From IMG/VR virus record IMGVR_UViG_2585427593_000001, positions 56,832 through 120,831 of that record: 64,000 nucleotides of DNA; one strand, given 5' to 3'. The first letter of the stretch is position 1, and each line of letters begins with the position of its first letter. This document shows, piece by piece, positions 27,345 to 34,619 of this stretch. The notes beneath the pieces were generated by a model. It was given only the letters and a program-made list of their open reading frames with translations, searched no databases and was not told where the DNA came from. Position numbers and translations under genes: made by a program. The stretch is from a virus (Duplodnaviria; Heunggongvirae; Uroviricota; Caudoviricetes).

Positions 27345-28313
27345 ATGCTTTTCGAACGCCAGGTCGAACGCTTACCCGACCTCTACCCTTGGGCACAGGA
27401 CTTCATCGAAGCCATGCAGGATGGCTTCTGGACTGCCAAGAAGTTCACCTTCGACAGCGATGTTACCGACTACGAACTCCACCTGACCGAACAGGAACGC
27501 CAGATCATCAAGCGTTGCCTCGCCGCGATCGCCCAGATCGAGGTCAAGGTGAAGGAATATTGGGGCCTGCTCGGCCGTAAGCTCCAGCATCCGTCCATGT
27601 CCGACTTGGGCATTACGATGGCCTATATCGAGGTCATCCACAACAACGCCTATGAGAAGCTCCTCAAGAAGCTCGGGCTCATCAACGTCTTCAAGGAAAA
27701 CATGCACGTTCCGGCCATTGCTGGCCGCGTCGGTTATCTGAACAAGCACACCGAGCTGTCCTTCAAGGGCGACGACCGCAAGCAGTTTATCTATTCGCTG
27801 ATCCTCTTCACGCTGTTCGTGGAGAACGTCAGCCTCTTCAGCCAGTTCTACATCGTCCTTTGGTTCAATCGCTTCGAGAACCGCTTCAAGGACGCGGCCC
27901 AGCAGGTGAAATACACCCGCAACGAGGAGATGCTCCACGCCCAGGCCGGCATGAAGATCATCAACACGCTGCGCCAGGAATATCCGGAGCTCTTCGACGC
28001 GGAGCTGGAAGCCAAGATCAAGGAAGAGTGCCAGGTCGCGCTCGATGCGGAATCCGCCCTGATCGACTGGATGCTCGGCGACTACGACCAGCCGAAGCTC
28101 AATGCCTCGATCCTCAAGACCTATGTCGCCCAGCGCCTGAACGAGTCCCTCGCCGGCATTGGCTACACGCCGATGTTCGAGGTCTCCGAAGCTGAGAAGG
28201 CCGAGACCTTCTGGATGACCGAAGGGCTGCTCGCGCCCGCCAAGGTCGATTTCTTCCACTCCGAACCCACCGCCTACCAGCAGGCCGATCAGCCTGACGA
28301 CGACAATTTCTAA
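27345..28313 (+). CDS. nrdB: ribonucleotide reductase class I beta subunit
   Basis: The di-iron carboxylate ligand pattern and R2 family blocks are present (EQERQIIKRC, FVENVSLFSQFY, EEMLHAQAG). Confidence 0.85.
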   Translation: MLFERQVERLPDLYPWAQDFIEAMQDGFWTAKKFTFDSDVTDYELHLTEQERQIIKRCLAAIAQIEVKVKEYWGLLGRKLQHPSMSDLGITMAYIEVIHNNAYEKLLKKLGLINVFKENMHVPAIAGRVGYLNKHTELSFKGDDRKQFIYSLILFTLFVENVSLFSQFYIVLWFNRFENRFKDAAQQVKYTRNEEMLHAQAGMKIINTLRQEYPELFDAELEAKIKEECQVALDAESALIDWMLGDYDQPKLNASILKTYVAQRLNESLAGIGYTPMFEVSEAEKAETFWMTEGLLAPAKVDFFHSEPTAYQQADQPDDDNF

Positions 28314-28330
28314 GCAAGAAGGAAACGTGA

Positions 28331-30013
28331 ATGCGCCCTGATTGGGAACACTTCAACGACATTGCGTTGAAGACCCTCTCCCGCGGATATCTGCGCGAGG
28401 GGATCGCAAAGGAAGACCTCAAGGATGAGGCCATCAAGCGCGCCAACGCGCTTGTTGATGCTGCCGAGAAGGAACTCGGCATGAAGCTGCCGATGGTTCG
28501 CTACGGCATGAAGCGCGGCTGGGTATCACCCGCCTCGCCGATCTGGTCGAACTTCGGCACGGATCGCGGCCTGCCCATCAGTTGTAACGGCTCGTTCATG
28601 GCCGACGACATGGACTCCATCCTGTTCAAGAACGCCGAAATCGGCGCGATGACCAAGGAAGGCGCCGGCACGTCGCTCTACATGGGCGCACTCCGTCCGT
28701 TCGGCTCGCCGATCGCGGGCGGTGGAACGTCCGAAGGTCCGGTTCACTTCGCCCGTCTGCCGCAGGAGCAGGTCCAGGTTATTTCGCAGTCGAATGTCCG
28801 GCGTGGCAACTGCGCGGTCTATCTCGATATCGAGCACCAGGACATCGATCGCTGGATGCAGATGCGCTCCACGACCGAAGGCGTGCATCACCCGATCCAG
28901 CATCTGTCGTTCGGCGTCGTCATTGGCGACGACTGGATGAACGAAATGCTGGCGGAGCCGAAGGGCGGCCCCAAGCGCAAGCTGATGGCGAAGATCCGCA
29001 ACAAGCGGCGCGAGACCGGCTTCCCCTACATCGTTTTCCGCGACAATGCGAACAACGCCCGGCCGGAGATCCTGAAGCGGCTTGGTCTGCTGATCTACGC
29101 CTCGAACCTCTGCACCGAGATCATGCTGCCTTCCGGGCCGGATGAAAGCTTCGTCTGCGATCTGTCGTCGGTCAACGTCCTCTATTACGACGAATGGAAG
29201 GGCACCGAGTTCGTCCGGGAAATGATCTATTTCCTCGATGCGGTCATGTCCGAATACATTCGCAAGACCAAGGGCAAGCGGCTCATGGCCGATGCTCATC
29301 GCTTTGCCGTGCGCTGGCGCGCCCTCGGCCTCGGAACGCTCGGCTGGCACTCCTACCTGCAGTCGCGTGAGATCCCGATCGAGACGCAGGAGGCCCGCGA
29401 CCTCAACATCGAGATCCACAAGTATCTCCATGACGAGTCCCACGCCGCATCCCGCTGGCTGGCGATGCAGTATGGCGAACCTGAAGGTCTCAAGGGCACC
29501 GGCTACCGCAACCTGACGGTCAATGCGATCGCGCCGACCACCTCGTCCTCGATCATCTGCGGCCAGGTCTCGCAGTCCATCGAGCCGTGGGAGGCCGTCG
29601 TCTTCGAGAACGACAACGCCAAGGGCGTGTTCACGAACTACAATCCGCAGTTCGTCGCACTTCTCGATCGCCTCGGCATGAACCGCACCGATGTCTGGGA
29701 GTCCATCCTGGCATCAGGCGGCCGCGTCGAGCATCTGGACTTCCTGACCCAGCGTCAGAAGGACACCTTCAAGCCGTGGGTCGACATCGACCAGATGGAG
29801 CTGGTGCGCCAGAACAACGACCGCACGCCGTTCATCGACCAGGGCATCTCCTTCAACGTCCAGCTTCCTCCCGAAGCGACCATGAAGGACGACATCGACA
29901 TCATCGTTGAGTCCTGGAGGGGCGGCGCGAAGTCTCTCTACTACCGCAAGGGTTTGAACAAGGCACAGGAGCTGGCCCGTGCCAATGCTTCGTGCGTAGC
30001 GTGCGAGGCATAA
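28331..30013 (+). CDS. nrdA: ribonucleotide reductase alpha subunit (short form, no ATP cone)
   Basis: The NLCTEIMLPS active-site motif and catalytic-core blocks are present. Confidence 0.85.
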   Translation: MRPDWEHFNDIALKTLSRGYLREGIAKEDLKDEAIKRANALVDAAEKELGMKLPMVRYGMKRGWVSPASPIWSNFGTDRGLPISCNGSFMADDMDSILFKNAEIGAMTKEGAGTSLYMGALRPFGSPIAGGGTSEGPVHFARLPQEQVQVISQSNVRRGNCAVYLDIEHQDIDRWMQMRSTTEGVHHPIQHLSFGVVIGDDWMNEMLAEPKGGPKRKLMAKIRNKRRETGFPYIVFRDNANNARPEILKRLGLLIYASNLCTEIMLPSGPDESFVCDLSSVNVLYYDEWKGTEFVREMIYFLDAVMSEYIRKTKGKRLMADAHRFAVRWRALGLGTLGWHSYLQSREIPIETQEARDLNIEIHKYLHDESHAASRWLAMQYGEPEGLKGTGYRNLTVNAIAPTTSSSIICGQVSQSIEPWEAVVFENDNAKGVFTNYNPQFVALLDRLGMNRTDVWESILASGGRVEHLDFLTQRQKDTFKPWVDIDQMELVRQNNDRTPFIDQGISFNVQLPPEATMKDDIDIIVESWRGGAKSLYYRKGLNKAQELARANASCVACEA

Positions 30014-30015
30014 GA

Positions 30016-30234
30016 ATGGGCTACCACATCATGACGAAGCCGGGTTGCAACTATTGCACCCGCGCCAAGGCTCTCCTGAAGAGCCAGAACATCTCCTACA
30101 CGGTGCAGGATCACGACACCCAGGAGAAGATCGATAAGTTCAAGGACGCCGGCTACAAGTCCTTCCCGATGATCTTCCACGACGGGGTGCTGGTGGGCGG
30201 CTACGACGCCTTGGTTGACTACCTCGAATACTAA
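30016..30234 (+). CDS. glutaredoxin / NrdH-like redoxin
   Basis: It has a CNYC active site and a thioredoxin fold of about 72 aa. It lies immediately after nrdA. Confidence 0.7.
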   Translation: MGYHIMTKPGCNYCTRAKALLKSQNISYTVQDHDTQEKIDKFKDAGYKSFPMIFHDGVLVGGYDALVDYLEY

Positions 30235-30265
30235 AAAGCGGCGCTTCGGCGCCGCTCTCATTTCA
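30235..30265. terminator. bidirectional terminator between the glutaredoxin gene and the opposite-strand moron
   Basis: AAAAAGCGGCGCTTCGGCGCCGCTCTCATTTC: the stem is flanked by A and T runs. Confidence 0.6.
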
Positions 30266-30604
30266 TGCGTTAACACAGGCGCAGTAGTAATTACCGGTCT
30301 TCGGGTTGTATACCTTTTTACAGAACAGTCCGAAGTCTGAGCACAGTCCCTTGCACGTATTAGGACTGTCGTCGTAGCAACGGCTTGCTACCGGTCCATC
30401 CGCATTTAAGATTTCTAACTCAGCTAGGTAATCCTCAGCCGAGTTAGGGCTGATTCTAGTCTTCCCGTCCTTTTGAGCTAATGAAAATCCGTAGGGAAAG
30501 AAGACATCTCCAAAAGACAGATTCGATAGAGCCTTTAGCGCAGGATGCGTTTTACTTTTTAAATCCTCGTCGTCAAAGACATGCACTCCATTTATTTCTT
30601 TCAT
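30263..30604 (-). CDS. Cys-rich small protein on the opposite strand (moron, low GC)
   Basis: A strong RBS (GGAGGAGGGACATG) is on the minus strand. GC is about 42% against about 60% for the flanks. The C-terminus has 6 Cys. The gene is flanked by a bidirectional terminator. Confidence 0.5.
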   Translation of the reverse strand: MKEINGVHVFDDEDLKSKTHPALKALSNLSFGDVFFPYGFSLAQKDGKTRISPNSAEDYLAELEILNADGPVASRCYDDSPNTCKGLCSDFGLFCKKVYNPKTGNYYCACVNA

Positions 30605-30679
30605 GTCCCTCCTCCATATTAGAAACACCGGAAATATCTTCCCAAGATAACTAAGAGTCAATGGCTGGTATGAATGCAT

Positions 30680-30724
30680 GCGCTCCCTCAATGATTGCGC
30701 TATAAAGTAAGTAAGCACTTACTT
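30680..30724 (+). promoter_or_regulatory. phage promoter plus hairpin upstream of thyX
   Basis: GCGCTCCCTC-N-GCGCTATAAAG followed by TAAGTAAGCACTTACTT. Confidence 0.6.
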
Positions 30725-30741
30725 CAACTAAGGAAAACGGA

Positions 30742-31692
30742 ATGTCCGGCAAGGAACGCATGTTCGCCAAGATCGTCTTGGCGTCGAAGACCTGGGATTC
30801 AACGGCGCTGCCGCTGATCACCATGCATCTGCACTACCCCGATATCATCCACGGCGAAGTGATGACCCACCGGGTATTCAGCCGCAACGCCCGCTCGATG
30901 CGCGCCGTCCCGGTCGCCACGATGGTCAAGGAAGTGCGCGAGGATCCTTTCGTGCCCTGGCATTGGGGCAAGAACCAGAAGGGAATGCAGGCTTCTGAGG
31001 AATGCAACGAGCTGGTCAAGATCGGTTCCTTTTGGGAAGGAGGCCCGCATAATGATCGCGAGGTCAATATCCTGAAGACCCGCGAAGAAGCATGGCGCCT
31101 CGCTGCGAATGCGGCTGCGGATTTCGCCGAGAACTATGCCCACGCCGGCTATCACAAGCAGATCGCCAATCGTATCATCGCGCCCTACACCTGGAAGCAC
31201 ACGCTCATCACGTCGAAGAGCTGGGCGAACTTCTTCCATCTGCGCGATCACGAAGACGCCGAGCCGCACTTCCACGATCTCGCGGCGCTCGTGCGCCAGG
31301 CGCTCCGGAACGCAAGCTATCAGTGGCTGAAGCCCGGCGAATGGCACCTGCCCTACGTGACCAAGTCCGAAATGGCGAACAACCCGCTCGAGGTGCAGCG
31401 TCAGCTGTCTGTCGCCCGCTCGGCCCGCATTTCCTATGCGCCGTTCGATGGTGACTTCTCGATCGCCCGCGAGATCGAGCGCTACAACCTTCTCGTAGGT
31501 TCGCAGCCGCTTCATGCCTCGCCGACCGAGCACCAGGCAACGCCTGACATGTTCAAGAAGGTGAACGGCAAGCTCGTCTTCGACAATCCGGAGCTTGGCG
31601 GAAACTTCGGCCCCGGCTGGATCCAGTTCCGCAAGACCCTGCCCTTCGAATACATCGAAGACACGATGGAGCTCGGAGCGTTCGCGGCATGA
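30742..31692 (+). CDS. thyX: flavin-dependent thymidylate synthase
   Basis: The ThyX RHR motif is present (THRVFSRNARSMRA). Confidence 0.8.
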   Translation: MSGKERMFAKIVLASKTWDSTALPLITMHLHYPDIIHGEVMTHRVFSRNARSMRAVPVATMVKEVREDPFVPWHWGKNQKGMQASEECNELVKIGSFWEGGPHNDREVNILKTREEAWRLAANAAADFAENYAHAGYHKQIANRIIAPYTWKHTLITSKSWANFFHLRDHEDAEPHFHDLAALVRQALRNASYQWLKPGEWHLPYVTKSEMANNPLEVQRQLSVARSARISYAPFDGDFSIAREIERYNLLVGSQPLHASPTEHQATPDMFKKVNGKLVFDNPELGGNFGPGWIQFRKTLPFEYIEDTMELGAFAA

Positions 31693-31866
31693 GCTACGAC
31701 CTCGATGAGCGCCGCAACGGCTGGCACTTCCGGTTTCCGGCAGGTGATGAAGGCGCGCTCTGGTTTGGCCCCTTCCGCAGCCAGGAAGCGGCAAATGCGG
31801 CTGCCCTGAAGGCTGTCGAGGAATTTATCGCCCAGAACGTCAAGCAGGCGCTGGGCCTCAAGTAAG
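31690..31866 (+). CDS. small hypothetical protein (58 aa)
   Basis: ATGA overlap with the thyX stop. It is under the track threshold. Confidence 0.3.
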
Positions 31867-31875
31867 GAGAAAACA

Positions 31876-32337
31876 ATGGGTGCAACGATGATTAACCAGC
31901 AGCAGCTCCGCGTCCAGCTGCTCGACCCGAAGGCGCAGGTGCCGACGTATGGTTCCGAAGAGGCTGCCGGCGCCGACCTCTATGCGGCTTTCGATGAGGA
32001 AAAGCGCTACGTCCTTCCGGGCGAGCGCGTTCTCGTTCCGACCGGTATCGCAATCGAGCTCCAGCCTGGCACCGAGGCTCAGGTTCGCCCGCGCAGCGGT
32101 TTGGCAGCCAAGCACGGCATCACCGTTCTCAACACGCCCGGAACGATCGACAGCGACTATCGCGGCGAAATCAAGGTGATCCTGTTCAACACTTCGCTGC
32201 AGGCGTTTGAAATCAAGTCCGGCGACCGTATCGCCCAGCTTGTCATTGCGCCGGTGATCCGTGGCGTCTTCGAAGTCGCCGAGTCCCTCGATGATACGAG
32301 CCGCGGCGAAGGCGGTTTCGGCAGCACGGGCAAGTAA
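31876..32337 (+). CDS. dut: dUTPase
   Basis: Conserved dUTPase motifs are present ([36 protein letters not shown]). Confidence 0.9.
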   Translation: MGATMINQQQLRVQLLDPKAQVPTYGSEEAAGADLYAAFDEEKRYVLPGERVLVPTGIAIELQPGTEAQVRPRSGLAAKHGITVLNTPGTIDSDYRGEIKVILFNTSLQAFEIKSGDRIAQLVIAPVIRGVFEVAESLDDTSRGEGGFGSTGK

Positions 32338-32338
32338 C

Positions 32339-32959
32339 ATGCTGTTCGGACTCACCGGCTCGGCCGGCACGGGAAAGACCACGCTCGCTAAGCGGGTCGC
32401 GGAGGATCTGGGCATCGAATACATGCCCGCATCCGTCAGCGAAACGGCCAAGAAGCACGGCTTCAACAGCGTCGGCGTCTTGAACCTGCAGGACAGGATC
32501 AAGCTGCAGGAGAAGCTGCTCGAGGATCATGTGGAGATGGTCTGCAGGGCTGATCGACCGCTGATTGTCGATCGCACGCCGATCGACTTCGTCGGTTACA
32601 TGATGGGCGAGCTCGACATGCACTCGCACATGCGCCTGACGCCCGAGGAGATCGCCTGGGTCGAGGATTACAAGCGCCTCTGCCTGGAGACCACGGTCAA
32701 GCTCTACGACTACGTCTTCATCCTCTCGCAGCTCGATTCCTACGAGATCAAGGAGACGCGGCCGGCTGACAACCGCGCCTACCAGACCCACACCCAGCTG
32801 ATCATGCAGGGCTGCACGTCGGAGATCCACGGCCGGCTGAACTACATGGTCATCCGCAACCAGGATCTGCACACCCGCGAAGAGATCCTGCACAACACCC
32901 TCGTCCAGCGCATGGACGACATTTCGAAGGAGCGTGCCAGCTCGGCTCACATTCACTGA
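32339..32959 (+). CDS. P-loop (deoxy)nucleoside/nucleotide kinase-like protein
   Basis: Walker A GLTGSAGTGKTTLAK is present. The DRTPIDFVGYM block resembles the dNK/dNMP kinase family. Confidence 0.5.
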   Translation: MLFGLTGSAGTGKTTLAKRVAEDLGIEYMPASVSETAKKHGFNSVGVLNLQDRIKLQEKLLEDHVEMVCRADRPLIVDRTPIDFVGYMMGELDMHSHMRLTPEEIAWVEDYKRLCLETTVKLYDYVFILSQLDSYEIKETRPADNRAYQTHTQLIMQGCTSEIHGRLNYMVIRNQDLHTREEILHNTLVQRMDDISKERASSAHIH

Positions 32960-32977
32960 ACTTCCCGCTCACAACCT

Positions 32978-33036
32978 GCTGCACTCCGAAAAGCGCAGCG
33001 CTATAAGTGAAAATGTAAGTAAGCACATACTTCACA
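32978..33036 (+). promoter_or_regulatory. phage promoter plus hairpin
   Basis: CTGCACTCC-N12-GCGCTATAAG followed by GTAAGTAAGCACATACTTCAC. Confidence 0.55.
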
Positions 33037-33158
33037 AGAGCGAGAGACGACGATGCACGGTAAAGGTTTCGCACTAACCGCCTTCGTCGTCTCATACCTC
33101 TTCGTCGTGTGGTGCTTGACCCCGAATTTCTGAACTGAAGCTCTCAAGGAGAAAGTGC

Positions 33159-33599
33159 ATGACCACCGAAAACCAGGCTACCGGCGAAGTCACGAAGATC
33201 GACCCGACGCTCGCTTCGATCCAGCAGGAGCGCGATGACGCTGCCGCTCACCTGGCCCGCGTCAAGGCCGACGCCGAAGAACGCGCCCGCGTTCGCGAGA
33301 AGCGCGCCCTGCTCGGCGAAGTCCTCAACATGAAGGCTGACATCGAGAAGCGGTTCGACGCTGTCAAGCGTCAGAAGAAGCTCCTCAAGGGTCTCAAGCT
33401 CGACCTTTCGGCGCTCAACGACGACGGGGATCTGACGGCCGAGGATCTGAAGAACCTCCTGAAGCGCGGCCACGAAGCCTTCCACGTCGAAAACCTCGAC
33501 AAGCCCGCCGTAGAAGATCTCGCCGCGGCTTTGCCGAACCTGATCTTCTCGATCGTGAAGAACCGCAACGACCTTCTGCCGCTCCGTCGCGCTTCGTAA
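33159..33599 (+). CDS. hypothetical coiled-coil protein
   Basis: A promoter and hairpin lie upstream. The product has charged heptad-like repeats. Confidence 0.5.
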   Translation: MTTENQATGEVTKIDPTLASIQQERDDAAAHLARVKADAEERARVREKRALLGEVLNMKADIEKRFDAVKRQKKLLKGLKLDLSALNDDGDLTAEDLKNLLKRGHEAFHVENLDKPAVEDLAAALPNLIFSIVKNRNDLLPLRRAS

Positions 33600-33708
33600 T
33601 CTGCCAATAGCGGCGACCACCGTCGGGGTCGCTGCTTAGGAGAGCCGGCGTGCAGCTGACCACTGAGGCTGCCTAGACCGCGTCGGCTCTCCACCCTTCC
33701 GGCGTTAT

Positions 33709-33785
33709 GGCCCCGGTAGCTTAGGCCAAAGCAGCACCCCCAGAAGGTGCTTACCGAGGTTGGACTCCTCGACGGGGCCACACCA
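33709..33785 (+). ncRNA. degenerate tRNA-like element
   Basis: A 7-bp acceptor (GGCCCCG/CGGGGCC) is followed by ACACCA. An anticodon-like arm (GCACC-CCCAGAA-GGTGC) and a T-like arm (CGAGG-TTGGACT-CCTCG) are present, but the T-loop lacks C56 and there is an extra nucleotide before the acceptor 3' strand. Confidence 0.25.
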
Positions 33786-34291
33786 GTTTTCGCGTTGTCC
33801 GCTGGCGTCGCGAGCCAGCGCGTCTCTGGAAGGAGTTTCGTTCCTTTCGCCTTCCAGAGACATCTTTCGAGGCGGTCAGACTGAAGACCTTCCCGCCTCA
33901 CTTGAGCGCCTGCATCTGTATGGTGTCAGTCAGGATAATAGGCCCACCGTATGGGAGCCCGCTACGAGTTTCGGCGTTGAGTGCGTAGGAGCCCTGGCCG
34001 AGTGTGACAGCTCGGATATCACTGGCCGTCAGCCAGAGGGGTATATGCGCTCAACGCCACCGAAGCACCCTTTGGGCGCGACTGTAAGGATGGCGGGTAG
34101 CAGACAAGTCCGTGCCGAGCTTTCGCAGAGCCAAAGGCGCAAACGTCAGCGTAGGCGTGACGAGCGGAGAGAGAGCCGCACAAGCTCTGGCTTCCGAGCC
34201 ACCATCTTTCAGCACCGGTCATAAGGTGGATCAATGGTGTTCAGGGATTTACGGAAGCAGTCGGGTAGCGCGAGCTACAGGCCAACCGGCT

Positions 34292-34318
34292 AGGGGTTCG
34301 AGTCCCCTGTGAGCGCCA
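34292..34318 (+). ncRNA. canonical T-arm plus acceptor-like 3' end (tRNA 3' half, tmRNA-like or intron-split tRNA)
   Basis: AGGGGTTCGAGTCCCCT is a perfect T stem-loop and is followed by GTGAGCGCCA. No matching 5' acceptor strand is found within 90 nt upstream. Confidence 0.3.
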
Positions 34319-34445
34319 GTTTCGAATGCCATCTTCCTGACGGGCATGTCGGTGGATGGAGCAGCCAACAGCGAACCCGGTTGGCGCCAGCAATGGCTCG
34401 GAGGGAGTATGCCCATAGGCTCCCTCCGGAAGGTTCATTGCATGA

Positions 34446-34532
34446 GGTCTGGTAGCGAAGCGGTTGAACGCGCAGGACTGCAAATCCTGTTCCGAAAGGG
34501 CGTCGCAGGTTCGAATCCTGCCCAGACCTCCA
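34446..34532 (+). tRNA. type-II (long variable arm) tRNA with anticodon GCA, U73 and encoded CCA
   Basis: Hand-folded cloverleaf: acceptor GGTCTGG/CCAGACC; D-loop AAGCGGTTGAA; anticodon arm CAGGA-CTGCAAA-TCCTG; 15-nt variable arm; T-arm GCAGG-TTCGAAT-CCTGC; discriminator T followed by CCA. Confidence 0.55.
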
Positions 34533-34556
34533 ATCTTATTCCCGCGCACAACCTAC

Positions 34557-34606
34557 CGCACTCCGCGATTAGCTGCGCTATAAACGATAAGTAAGCAATT
34601 ACTTAG
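34557..34606 (+). promoter_or_regulatory. phage promoter plus hairpin upstream of the GHKL gene
   Basis: CCGCACTCC-N-GCGCTATAAAC followed by TAAGTAAGCAATTACTTAG. Confidence 0.6.
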
Positions 34607-34619
34607 TGAGGCACGAAAG

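Noticed and set aside
23926-28259. Minus-strand ORFs 23926..25185, 26148..27140 and 27372..28259.
   Set aside because: They are antisense to sbcC, the RuvC-like gene and nrdB respectively, which all have clear domain signatures on the + strand.
33690-33720. A possible tmRNA tag reading frame (GVMAPVA*) before the tRNA-like element.
   Set aside because: It does not end in the canonical ALAA/AVAA tag and has no resume-codon context. The sequence alone gives insufficient support.
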